Source: Verrucomicrobiales bacterium (GTDB lineage: Bacteria > Verrucomicrobiota > Verrucomicrobiia > Verrucomicrobiales > DEV007). From it: a DNA stretch of 38,804 nucleotides. The translations under genes were made by a program, and so were the position numbers. Of this stretch, positions 1-10,400 are shown one piece after another. The notes under the pieces were generated by a model. The model worked only from the letters and a program-made list of their open reading frames with translations, had not been told where the DNA came from and searched no databases. The stretch is from assembly GCA_002696885.1 (NCBI GenBank), contig NZSO01000026.1, positions 1 to 38,804 of the forward strand, in the 5' to 3' direction. Every line of letters begins with the position of its first letter. Position 1 is the stretch's first letter.

Positions 1-398
<398 letters not shown>

Positions 399-463
399 AA
401 TTATGCATTGTGTGCATGTAGTGTGAAGTCTTTTATAGAATTTGGTTTTTTTAAGATAAGAAA

Positions 464-583
464 GGGTGAGGTGACGATAGCGTCATGGTCCCACCTGATC
501 CCATTCCGAACTCAGAAGTGAAACGTGTCAGCGCCTATGGTACTGCGGCTTAAGTCGTGGGAGAGTCGGTCATTGCCTTGCCC
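464..583 (+). rRNA. rrf: 5S rRNA (~120 nt)
   Basis: Aligns by eye with bacterial 5S: ...CCCACCTGATCCCATTCCGAACTCAGAAGTGAAACG...GCGCCTATGGTACTG...GGGAGAGTCGGTCATTGCC. Helix I forms between GGGTGAGGTGA (464-474) and TCATTGCCTTGCCC (570-583). It sits about 65 nt after the 23S end. Confidence 0.9.
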
Positions 584-1105
584 TTTCTTGTCTTATCTCT
601 CTTTTTAACTTTTTTGATATATCTTGTTTTTTTTGTTCTTTATTAGCAACTTTATAATTAATACTTTTAAACCCTTAGAATTTTTCTAAAATTGTTTTCT
701 ATTTGTTATTCTTCTGTATTTTGAAGAGCTCTCAACCTTTAGAAATATACAAAATGTTAGGGGTTTTCGTTATATAAGCTTTATCATTTAAAGTTTAGAA
801 TTTAATGTCTTTGTTTTCATAGTTACAATGTAGAAGAGGTTGTAAATAGATGATTTTGAAAAAACCGTTACTAATTTTTTGTTATTGATTTGTCAGGTTA
901 TTTAAATGTTAAGCCTTCTTTAAGGGGCTGAATGCTAATATTTATTCTTAGATGAGTTCGTAAGAGTGTTAGAATTATTGCAAAAAATATCTTAATAAAA
1001 TTCAAGACTTGGTAAATTTAAAGATGAAGTGCAATACCCAAAAGTGAGGTCAAGTTTACTCCGGACCTCATACGTCTCTCAGACGTGAAGCCTCCCTGTT
1101 AGACT

Positions 1106-1139
1106 GGAACTCAGCTTAGGCTGGGCTCCAATTTTTTTT
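1106..1139 (+). terminator. Rho-independent terminator-like hairpin plus T8
   Basis: GGAACTCAGC-TTAG-GCTGGGCTCC forms a ~10-bp stem with one mismatch, followed by AA and TTTTTTTT (1132-1139). It closes a GC-rich structured island in an otherwise AT-rich spacer. Confidence 0.5.
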
Positions 1140-1220
1140 GAGTTACGAAAATATTAGGCTTTATTTGTTAACGGTAAGCAATTTAAATGCTATCCTGCGA
1201 ACTTATTCATTAAACGAGGC

Positions 1221-2297
1221 ATGAGAATGATCACAACAGAAATAATTCAACAAACTTTAGCAAAATTTGGCGCTATGCTTTTAGTTGGGTTTTTAGGAAC
1301 AGATCATGGAAATAATGACATAAGAAGAATAGAGGATCATATTGGCAGTGGAAAAGTTGGAGGTGTGCTTCTTTTGCATCGAAATATACAAGAAGGTCCC
1401 AAAAAATTAAAAAATCTCATACATCAATTTAAAATGAAAGCGCCTGCAGATAGGCCATTACTGGTGGCTATTGATGGAGAAGGTGGAGTTGTAAAAAGGC
1501 TTATGAAAGAAGACGGTTATGATATTCAGCTTCCTTCTGCTAAAAAGCTTGCCCAAATGTCAACTGCTGACTCTGATAAATTATTACAAGTATATATGAA
1601 ACAACTTTCTGATCTTGGAATTAACTGGAACTTAGCACCAGTTGTAGACGTTGAAGTTGCAACAGAAACAGGTTGTATTGGCCGCTTAGAAAGAAGTTTT
1701 TCCAAGAGTCCAAAAAAAGTTGCTTATCATGGTTACCAATTGATTCAAGCTATACAAGAGGCCGGTATGGCTTTTTGCTTAAAACATTGGCCTGGACTGG
1801 GAGCAGATGTCGGAGATACACATAAAGGCATGACGAATCTAACCAATGTGTGGTCTCGTGAACGGGATGCAGAACCCTTTAATTTAATTGTGAAAGAGAT
1901 AAGTAAAAATCGCCCAAACAAAACTATTCCTGTTATGACAGCCCATTCAGTCCATGAGGGATTAGATTCTGGTGCACCGAGTTTAACTTTTTCAGAGCAA
2001 GTTATTGAAGGCCAGCGGAAAAAATGGCAAGCAGAAGTATTGTTTGTTAGTGATGATTTAGATATGGGTGCATTAGATGGTTTTGAGTTAGGAGAGAAAG
2101 TTGTTCGGGCAATACTGGCTGGCAATGATGTATTAATATTCTCTCAGTACCGCAATTATGATCCAGAAAAAGTTGATAAAATATATCAATCATTACAACA
2201 AGCGCTTGAGAAAAACGATAAGCAGGCTGAAATGCTTATTAAGCGTATCAACGAATCTTTTAATCGAATAGAAAAATTTAAAGCGGATTATTTGTAA
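1221..2297 (+). CDS. Glycoside hydrolase family 3 protein, NagZ-like beta-N-acetylhexosaminidase
   Basis: 358-aa ORF with GH3 N-terminal domain motifs: PLLVAIDGEGGVVKRL, NWNLAPVVDV, GRLERSFS, KHWPGLGADVGDTHKG (Asp-His dyad region). The size is typical of NagZ. Confidence 0.7.
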   Translation: MRMITTEIIQQTLAKFGAMLLVGFLGTDHGNNDIRRIEDHIGSGKVGGVLLLHRNIQEGPKKLKNLIHQFKMKAPADRPLLVAIDGEGGVVKRLMKEDGYDIQLPSAKKLAQMSTADSDKLLQVYMKQLSDLGINWNLAPVVDVEVATETGCIGRLERSFSKSPKKVAYHGYQLIQAIQEAGMAFCLKHWPGLGADVGDTHKGMTNLTNVWSRERDAEPFNLIVKEISKNRPNKTIPVMTAHSVHEGLDSGAPSLTFSEQVIEGQRKKWQAEVLFVSDDLDMGALDGFELGEKVVRAILAGNDVLIFSQYRNYDPEKVDKIYQSLQQALEKNDKQAEMLIKRINESFNRIEKFKADYL

Positions 2298-2352
2298 AGC
2301 AAGAAATATTTTTTTGATTGTAAGACTTGATTATTTGAATCGGTCTATCAAT

Positions 2353-2386
2353 AAAAAAAGCCCTCTTCTTAGAGGGCTTTTGTTTT
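2353..2386. terminator. Bidirectional intrinsic terminator between convergent GH3 gene and recA
   Basis: AAAAAAAGCCCTCT-TCTT-AGAGGGCTTTTGTTTT: a perfect GC-rich stem flanked by an A-run and a T-run. Confidence 0.8.
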
Positions 2387-2409
2387 ACAGTCAGGATACA
2401 TATCCAGAT

Positions 2410-3450
2410 CTACTCTGAAGAAGTATCTTCAATAGTGCCTTCCATCATATCAATGAGGCCAGCGTTCTGCCTAAGTTTTTGTTCAATCTCTCCAGCCACA
2501 GCTTGGTTCTCTTTTAAGAAACGCTTAGCGGCTTCACGGCCCTGACCAATTTGTTGACCGTTGTAGGAATACCATGAACCAGCTTTTTCAACAAGATCAG
2601 CTTTGACACCAAGGTCAAGAAGCTCTCCAACTTTGGATACGCCTTCACCATACATAATGTCAAAATCCACCACTTTGAAAGGAGGAGAAAGCTTGTTTTT
2701 TACAACTTTGATTCGTGTTTGATTTCCCACAACCTCATCTTTATCTTTAATGGCACCAATCCGACGAATATCTAAACGAATGGAAGCATAGAATTTCAGC
2801 GCATTCCCCCCTGTGGTCGTTTCAGGGTTACCAAACATAATGCCAATCTTTTGGCGAATTTGGTTAATAAAGATTACCATACATTTTGAACGAGAAATAG
2901 AGGAGGTAAGTTTACGTAGAGCCTGGCTCATAAGGCGTGCCTGTAAGCCCATATGTGCATCACCCATATCGCCTTCAAGTTCTGCGCGCGGGACAAGGGC
3001 TGCAACACTATCTACCACCAACACATCAACAGCGCCTGAACGGACAAGTGTATCCGTGATTTCAAGGGCTTGTTCCCCCGCATCTGGTTGAGAAATGATG
3101 AGGTCATCGGTATTAACACCAAGTTTACGAGCATAAACAGGATCAAGTGCGTGCTCGGCATCTACAAAGGCACATGTGCCACCTTTTTTTTGTGATTCAG
3201 CAACAACGTGCAAAGCAAGCGTTGTTTTACCAGAACTCTCAGGCCCATAAATCTCAATGATTCGGCCGACTGGTAGGCCTCCAATACCAAGAGCAAGATC
3301 AAGACCAATAGAGCCTGTTGGAATAGTCTCTGTTTCAACTTGTTGGCCTTCACCGAGCTTCATGATAGACCCTTTTCCAAACGCACGCTCGATCTGCTTA
3401 AGGGCTATGTCAAGTGCTTTGGCTTTTTCTGGAGATGCTTGCTTTGTCAT
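2410..3450 (-). CDS. recA: Recombinase RecA
   Basis: 346 aa with an unmistakable RecA sequence: [20 protein letters not shown] Walker [50 protein letters not shown]. Confidence 0.98.
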   Translation of the reverse strand: MTKQASPEKAKALDIALKQIERAFGKGSIMKLGEGQQVETETIPTGSIGLDLALGIGGLPVGRIIEIYGPESSGKTTLALHVVAESQKKGGTCAFVDAEHALDPVYARKLGVNTDDLIISQPDAGEQALEITDTLVRSGAVDVLVVDSVAALVPRAELEGDMGDAHMGLQARLMSQALRKLTSSISRSKCMVIFINQIRQKIGIMFGNPETTTGGNALKFYASIRLDIRRIGAIKDKDEVVGNQTRIKVVKNKLSPPFKVVDFDIMYGEGVSKVGELLDLGVKADLVEKAGSWYSYNGQQIGQGREAAKRFLKENQAVAGEIEQKLRQNAGLIDMMEGTIEDTSSE

Positions 3451-3504
3451 TGGTAACCTTTTGTAAATTAATGATATTGAAAGGTATCATATTGACTGTA
3501 TACA

Positions 3505-5286
3505 TCAAAGGGATTTCATTAGTTCTAATTGACTCAGCTTGGTTTTTTGGATTTTTTTTTCAGAAAATCCAAGAGCATGGCATAAGTAGATTGTTTCAAA
3601 ATCTTTTAGACGTGGATTATTTGTAAAAACATGTTTTCTATTTTGACACATGTAATATTTATGATTGCGGAATGAATAACATTGTGGTGGCGAAGTGCTT
3701 AAAACACCTAAAAAACCAATGGATAAAAAGATAAGTCCAAAAAGGCGCCAACGATATTGCCAAATACAAAGCCATAAAAGACCAATAATACACAACAAGA
3801 ATGCCCATGATGGTGGGTGGGCAATATAAATCTTTGCACCAGGCCAACCACCAATTTCTTGAGCAAGCCAGCTTACCCAGTCAATAAGATAGAACGTAAA
3901 CTTCAAGACCAATGAGCAGCTTGTAATCCATTTAATCAATAAGCCCAAAACAAGGCTTGGCAGGATTATGGTCCCAAGCAAAGGAATAACAATAACATTC
4001 GCTAAAATACCCTGCAGAGAAAGAGTGTGAAAATGCATAATGCTAAAAGGAAGGATAATACATGAGGCAATCAGTGATGTCAGAATCAAACTGCGTGTAG
4101 ATGTATATAGCTGCCTTAGCCAGTTGCCTTCATTTGTTGTAAAAAGATTTGGCCAGGCTTGATAAAACGAAATTAAGCCCAATACTACAAAAAAAGACAT
4201 TTGGAAACTTGGGAGTTTGAAGGCATTTGGATAGAGCATCAAAATGAATATAGCAGCCAAATTAATAAAATTTAGACTTAAGCCCTCACGATCAATAATG
4301 ATACCAAAGAGAATGAACGAAGCCATAAAAAAAGCTCTGGTTGAAGACATGGATTGCCCAGAAATATTCCAATAAAAAAACAGTAAAAAAAGCGTCAGAA
4401 GAGCTGCAATTTTAGGGAGGTGAATTTGCTCAAGTATGGATGGGAAGCGGCAAAATAAGAATTTGATACAGAGGAAAGCAATGAGAGCCATAAGGTTCAT
4501 ATGTAATCCTGAAATCGCTAATATATGTGCAAGTCCACTAGCTGCATAATTATCTCTTGTTTCATTAGAGATAAGCGCTTTTTGACCTGTAATGAGAGAG
4601 GCAGCAATAGCATTTGTCTGATCATCAACATGAGGTGTATCAATGATCATTTGTGTAATATGTTGGCGAATTTTTTGCCAAAATGCTGAATAGGTTGTCT
4701 CATTTTTGGGCAATAGTTTGAAGGGGCTAACCGTGAAGCCTGAAGCACCAATACCTTGAGCACGATTATTTTCTTTAAAGTCAAATCCACCAGGAATTAA
4801 GGGGCCTGAAAAGGGTGTTAGAACAGCATCAACACAAACAGTATCCCCGGCACTTGGAATGGTATTTTTTTTGATTCGATGTGTAAGTTTAACATTTTGT
4901 AAATTAATCTTTATACGCTGGCTGGTAGAGTGGCTTAAAGAGATTTTTAGTCGATGACCATAGGGTGTTGGGGTGACTTCTTGGACAGTGCCTTCAAGTT
5001 TAGAAACAAACTTTTTTTTATCCAGGGCTTCAGTTGGATGCCAAAGAAAATTGATTGAAACAGAAACTATGCCTAAAAGTATTCCCAAAATGAGTATTTT
5101 AAAAAGATGACAAAGCCATTGCTCTTTTTTAAATGCGAATAATAGAAAACACATGACCGCTAAGGAGGTGGTAACTGAAACTGGATATAGATTGAAAAGA
5201 TAGATTGATAAAGCCATCAGACTTGATAGCCATAATGACCAACGATTCTGTTCTTGAAAAAAAGGAAGTTGGCTAAATAGATTCAA
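3505..5286 (-). CDS. comEC: ComEC/Rec2-family competence channel protein (short form, no metallo-beta-lactamase domain)
   Basis: 593-aa polytopic membrane ORF with the ComEC competence-domain signature ASGLAHILAISGLHM and an N-terminal OB-like segment. Only about 60 soluble residues follow the last TM helix. Confidence 0.8.
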   Translation of the reverse strand: MNLFSQLPFFQEQNRWSLWLSSLMALSIYLFNLYPVSVTTSLAVMCFLLFAFKKEQWLCHLFKILILGILLGIVSVSINFLWHPTEALDKKKFVSKLEGTVQEVTPTPYGHRLKISLSHSTSQRIKINLQNVKLTHRIKKNTIPSAGDTVCVDAVLTPFSGPLIPGGFDFKENNRAQGIGASGFTVSPFKLLPKNETTYSAFWQKIRQHITQMIIDTPHVDDQTNAIAASLITGQKALISNETRDNYAASGLAHILAISGLHMNLMALIAFLCIKFLFCRFPSILEQIHLPKIAALLTLFLLFFYWNISGQSMSSTRAFFMASFILFGIIIDREGLSLNFINLAAIFILMLYPNAFKLPSFQMSFFVVLGLISFYQAWPNLFTTNEGNWLRQLYTSTRSLILTSLIASCIILPFSIMHFHTLSLQGILANVIVIPLLGTIILPSLVLGLLIKWITSCSLVLKFTFYLIDWVSWLAQEIGGWPGAKIYIAHPPSWAFLLCIIGLLWLCIWQYRWRLFGLIFLSIGFLGVLSTSPPQCYSFRNHKYYMCQNRKHVFTNNPRLKDFETIYLCHALGFSEKKIQKTKLSQLELMKSL

Positions 5287-5406
5287 AAAAATTAACTAAA
5301 TATTCACTTCTTTTTGGATTAAAAAAGATCAATGGTCAACATGAATCAGGCACTTAGCGATTATTCATGGAATACATGGAGGGTATAGCCCTAAAGTTTC
5401 TGAAAA

Positions 5407-7392
5407 CTATTTCTTTACAGCTGTTCCTTGACCTGCACGAACAAGTTTGTAAGCAATATAGGCAAACAAAACGAAGCCAATTAAAGTGCTGTAAGGCATT
5501 ATCCATACTGGAGTATACTGAAAAAGATCAGTTCTTTGTGAGGCTGCAAAAGGGATAGCAAGGAGAATGCCAATAATTGCTTCACCTGCAATCAAACCAG
5601 AGGCAAATAGAAGACCCTGACTGTCTCCATTTTTGTTTTTTTGCGTTTTACTAACAATATATTTCAATATCCCACCAAGGAATAAAGCTGTGACAATTTC
5701 GAAAGGGAGGTATAAACCAAGTGCAACACCCAGCGCTGGAAAGCGACCCTTGCCTGTTTTCTTTAGGTATAGATCAATTACAATAGCTACCACACCAATA
5801 CCAACACCAATCATAATTAAGTTGAAAGGTAAAGACTGTCCAAGCATTCCTTGCGCTATCGTTGCAAGTAATACGGATTGAGGCGCTGCTAAGTTTTGAT
5901 CAGGATTCATGCCTAAACGTGGAAAGACTCCAGCGATCCCATAGGCTTCAAAAAGGATTTGCATGATAGGAGCGATAGCGACAGCACTGACAACAACACC
6001 CAAGAAAAGAGCTAACTCTTGTTTCCAAGGCGTTGACCCAAGAACATGGCCTGATTTCAGATCTTGCAAGTTATCACAGCTTATGACTCCCATGGCGGCC
6101 ACCATAGCTGTTATCATAATAAGACCTGCGGCAACCCCAGTCGCTGCAACAACATTTTCTGCATAATTAATTTCACCGCCAATGACGGTTGTTACGACAA
6201 GTGCAACTAAAATTATCGAGGCGATAAGGCTTCCTGATAAAGGGTTTGATGAAGTTCCAACTAAACCTGACATATAGCCTGAGATAGAGGCGACTAAAAA
6301 ACCAACAACATACGTACTAATCACAGATACGAGAACAAGTATAAAAAATGTTGCTGAAGATAAAGGTAGGTTAAAGGATTGAAAAACGTGATTCAAGATC
6401 ATGTAAACAGGTACAAAAAGAACAAGTAAGCCAAGAAGAACAAAACTAAAAGGAATATCTTGCTCTGTTCTTGGAAGTTTATCGGTTGATTTGCTCGTGC
6501 CAAAAGATTTAAACGAATGACCAATGGCAACACGAATTGGTTTTAAAACAGAAATAAAAGCGGCAATACCACCAACAATCATGGTGCCAACCCCAACGTA
6601 TCTGAGGTTTGATTTCATAAGAGCTGCGCTCTTTGCAAAATCTGCTGCTTGGGGGATGCCATCAAAGAATGTAAAGGCAGGTATAAGCACCCAATTCATA
6701 ACAATTCCACCGACTAAAAGTGTAATACCAACCCTATGGCCAACGATGTAGCCGGCGCCAATCATAACTGGGGAAAACCCAATATTGAAACCTATGATGC
6801 TACCACCAACCTTTTTCCAGAAAGCAAGAGAGTGGGCGGCAAATTGAAATGCGCCTTGACATAGTTGCATTAGTGCAGCAAGTGCTCCCCCAATTACAAT
6901 GCTTTTTGCACTCCCGCTTTTTTGATCACCAGCCTTCAAGACTTCAGCTGTTGCAACTCCTTCTGGGAAAGCAAGTTTTTCTTCTATAATAAGTGCTCTG
7001 CGGAGTGGGATAGAAAAGAAAATACCAATAAATCCACCAACAATCGTAATGAGGGATGTTTCTAAAATTGGGAATGAATCCCAGTGACCAATAACAAGAA
7101 GGGCTGGTAATGTGAAGATAGCACTAGCGGCTATTACTTCACCAGCTGAGGCAATGGTTTGCACCATATTGTTTTCTAAAATGTTTGAGTTCTTAAACAT
7201 GCCAAGAATCGCCATTGACATAATGGCAGCAGGTATACAAGCCGTAACAGTTTGACCAATTTTAAGTGCTAAGTAGGCGTTTGAACCAGACAGGAGAGCT
7301 GCAAGAATCATCCCAAGAATAATTGACTTTAATGTTAGTTCTGGGAGTTTTTTCGATGCAGGAATATAAGGTTGATCCAATTTAGCAGCCAT
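5407..7392 (-). CDS. OPT-family oligopeptide transporter
   Basis: 661-aa protein with more than 14 predicted TM helices. The N-terminus ELTLKSIILGMILAALLSGSNAYLALKIGQTV and the overall glycine-rich TM pattern are typical of bacterial OPT transporters. Confidence 0.75.
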   Translation of the reverse strand: MAAKLDQPYIPASKKLPELTLKSIILGMILAALLSGSNAYLALKIGQTVTACIPAAIMSMAILGMFKNSNILENNMVQTIASAGEVIAASAIFTLPALLVIGHWDSFPILETSLITIVGGFIGIFFSIPLRRALIIEEKLAFPEGVATAEVLKAGDQKSGSAKSIVIGGALAALMQLCQGAFQFAAHSLAFWKKVGGSIIGFNIGFSPVMIGAGYIVGHRVGITLLVGGIVMNWVLIPAFTFFDGIPQAADFAKSAALMKSNLRYVGVGTMIVGGIAAFISVLKPIRVAIGHSFKSFGTSKSTDKLPRTEQDIPFSFVLLGLLVLFVPVYMILNHVFQSFNLPLSSATFFILVLVSVISTYVVGFLVASISGYMSGLVGTSSNPLSGSLIASIILVALVVTTVIGGEINYAENVVAATGVAAGLIMITAMVAAMGVISCDNLQDLKSGHVLGSTPWKQELALFLGVVVSAVAIAPIMQILFEAYGIAGVFPRLGMNPDQNLAAPQSVLLATIAQGMLGQSLPFNLIMIGVGIGVVAIVIDLYLKKTGKGRFPALGVALGLYLPFEIVTALFLGGILKYIVSKTQKNKNGDSQGLLFASGLIAGEAIIGILLAIPFAASQRTDLFQYTPVWIMPYSTLIGFVLFAYIAYKLVRAGQGTAVKK

Positions 7393-7460
7393 AGTTTATC
7401 CTTTTAAATACATTGTTAATATTACTGTGCCTTTAAAGCTTGTAAAGGCTTTTGAACAAA

Positions 7461-10400
7461 TTAGAGTTTGAATTTGTAAAGTTTTAAAGAATCTATCCAG
7501 AGTAATGCTAAATTTATGGTATCTTGAGGACATTGTTTTTGAGTGAATTGACCATATATTTTTAATTGCTTTTTATATTTCTCCATTGATTTTTCGCTGT
7601 ATATGCCTGTTTTGTAATCAATTAGCCAGATTTGCCGAGTCTTTGGATTTCTTACAATTAGATCAATTTGACCATTAATGATTTTCTTTTCTTCAATTGC
7701 CCGGAATGAAACTTCGCTAAAGTATGACCCTTGCATATTAATTTCAGGGATCGCTGAATTTAACAGGTTTTTTAGATCATTTACCAGCTGACTTTTTTTA
7801 TCATGGGACAAAAACTCACTATCTATGCTCTCAACATAGATTTTAGTTTTTCTAAGATATTCTTCTTTATCACCTAGATGAGGGAGATGTTCTAAAATTT
7901 TGTGCATCAAAGATCCATAAAAAAGAGCTCTTTCGTTTTTGAGCGTATTATTATCTTCTTCCTCATCACCAGAGGGACGCAAAATTTTTGTGGATTCTCT
8001 CTTTGTGTCGAGAGGGTTGAAAAGGTCTGGTGAGTAAATGATTTTGCCAAATTTAATATCACTTATAGTGAAATCCTTATTAATTTTTTTTGGGGGAAAT
8101 GGCTCATAAACAATAGTTTCTTTATTGCGATCAGACTTGCTTTTAAGTTGTGAAATTGCTTTGTGACATTTCTTATACCAAGAGTTATCAGAAACTTCCC
8201 CTCTATTTGGTTCCCACCCGCAAATATATAGTTCTTCCTCAGCGCGTGTAAGAGCCACATAAAGTAAACGGTTTGATTCATCTTCAAGATCATTTTGTGT
8301 ATGATCCTTGATGGATTTAATTGGCTCAAAACCTTTTTCTGTGGATGATGAAGCCCAGAATAGTCCACCTTTAGACCAATAGAGAGGTCCTTTATCGATT
8401 TTAGTTTCAGTTGTATCAGGAAGAAATACTATAGGTGCTTGCAAGCCTTTTGCGCCATGCACTGTTAGCAGACGAACATATTTTTGATTTGCATCACCTG
8501 TTTCACGTTTGATTTGTATTTCATTTGCTTCAAACCAATGAACCCAATGTTCAAGGGATGGTCCATTTTTAATCTGATGTTGTTCAGCAAGTGTCAAATA
8601 TTCCAACAACGGATCAGTGGCGTTTGATCCTAAGTCATCGATCCATTTTTTCATTCCTTTTTGTTCAATCAGAATGGTTGAGATAAGATCCTGTGGAGTG
8701 TTGTAGTCAACTTTATTGAGGAGTTCTTGTAACCACAAAACAATCTCTTTTAATTTTTCATTATAATTGCTTTGATCTTTTAGTTCTTGCCACAGCGATT
8801 TTTCTTCTCTGGCAATACATAGTTTGAACAAAGTTTTTTCATCAATTTTTATTAGAGAGCTTTTGAGAATGCTGGCTAAAGAAAAATCATCTTCCGGCAA
8901 CAGAAGAAATTTAAGAAGACTATGAAGGTCTCGAACAGCTAAGTCATCTTGTAAAGTGAGTCGATCAAGCCCAGCGCATGGGATTTGATATTTCTTAAGT
9001 GCATTTGCCATTGCTGGTCCAAATCGCCCTCGTTTTTGAATTAAGATCATAATGTCCCCAGCATGGATGGGGCGCTCTTTGGTTTGCAGCAATTTACCTT
9101 GATCAAGCCATAATCGGATTTTTTGAGCAAGTTTTTCAGCGAGTTTTTCTTCTGTTCCAGCCATGGCTTCTGAATCGTTACAGGATTCGTTTTGGTGGAT
9201 TAAAGGCCACACACTAACTTTGCCGTAATTATTTATCCGCTGTGAAGAATGTGTTGCTTTATAGAAGGGGGATATAGGGTTTTTATGAACTTTAAAAACT
9301 TCGTCAATAAAAGATAAAATAGGAGTTGTTGATCGATATGAATGGGACAGAGATCTTTCAATGATTGGATTTTTGTGGTTAATAAATTTTTTGTAGATTT
9401 GACTTCTAAAAAGATCAAATTCAGCTAATTTGGCTCCTTGAAAGCTGTATATAGATTGTTTTTGGTCGCCGACAACAAAGAAAGATTTGGTTGTGTCCGA
9501 ATTATCTTTTGAGAAAAAATCATCGATTAAATTGATGATAAGTTGCCACTGATGTGAGCTTGTATCTTGGGCCTCATCAACAAGAATATGTGATAGTTGA
9601 TTGTCTAGTTTATATCGGACCCACGCTCCTTGCTCTTGGCTTTGCAGAAGCTGTGTTGTTTTTATAATTAAATCATCAAAATCTAACAGTCCGAAGCTGT
9701 TTTTTTTATGTTCGTATTCATTAAAAACAAGTGTAAAAATTTCAACAAGCAGAGTTGTTTTGTTCCATATTTTTTCAATCAGCCCTATCTGATGAACATG
9801 CCAAATATCGTCAGAAAGCTCCAAAAAGCTTTTTTCTTTATCAGCAAGAGATTCAAATGCTTTTTTAGACAGAAGTTTTTTTCGTGGTTTATTTGACTGT
9901 GTGAGAAATAGGCTTGAAAGTGCTTGCCAGGAAGGTTTAGAGGGAGTGTTGCAAAAATTCCTATAAAAAACCGCAAGATTTTCAACAAAGAGTTGATCAC
10001 TATCAGATAGGTTTCTTGCTCTTTCGCACAACTCTAGTACAGATTCTAGGGGATGTTTTTTGATAAGCCAGCCCAAACTATTGTCAAAGTTTTGAGATTC
10101 AGCGTTTTGTGATAGCTGATTAAGGGAAGTAGAAGTCTCGTTTTTTAAAGTGCAACTTTTAACCCAGCGATGGCGATTTTTTAAAATAGTTTGAAGAAGG
10201 TCTTGAAGGTTAAATAAAGTTGTATAATCCACAAGCTTAGAGAGGATCGACTTTGTCTCATGTTTTTCTGCTATTTTTTCAAAGGATTTTTGCCATAGAT
10301 TATTTTGTTCATTTTCTTCTAAAACGGTGAAATTTGGTGATAAATCTGACTCAATAGCAAAAGTACGCAGAAAAGACTGACACAAGCCATGTAAGGTGGT

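Noticed and set aside
1021-1044. Mini-ORF ATG AAG TGC AAT ACC CAA AAG TGA (MKCNTQK) upstream of the structured island, as a possible leader peptide
   Set aside because: It is only 7 codons, has no RBS and no regulatory codon bias. It cannot be distinguished from chance.
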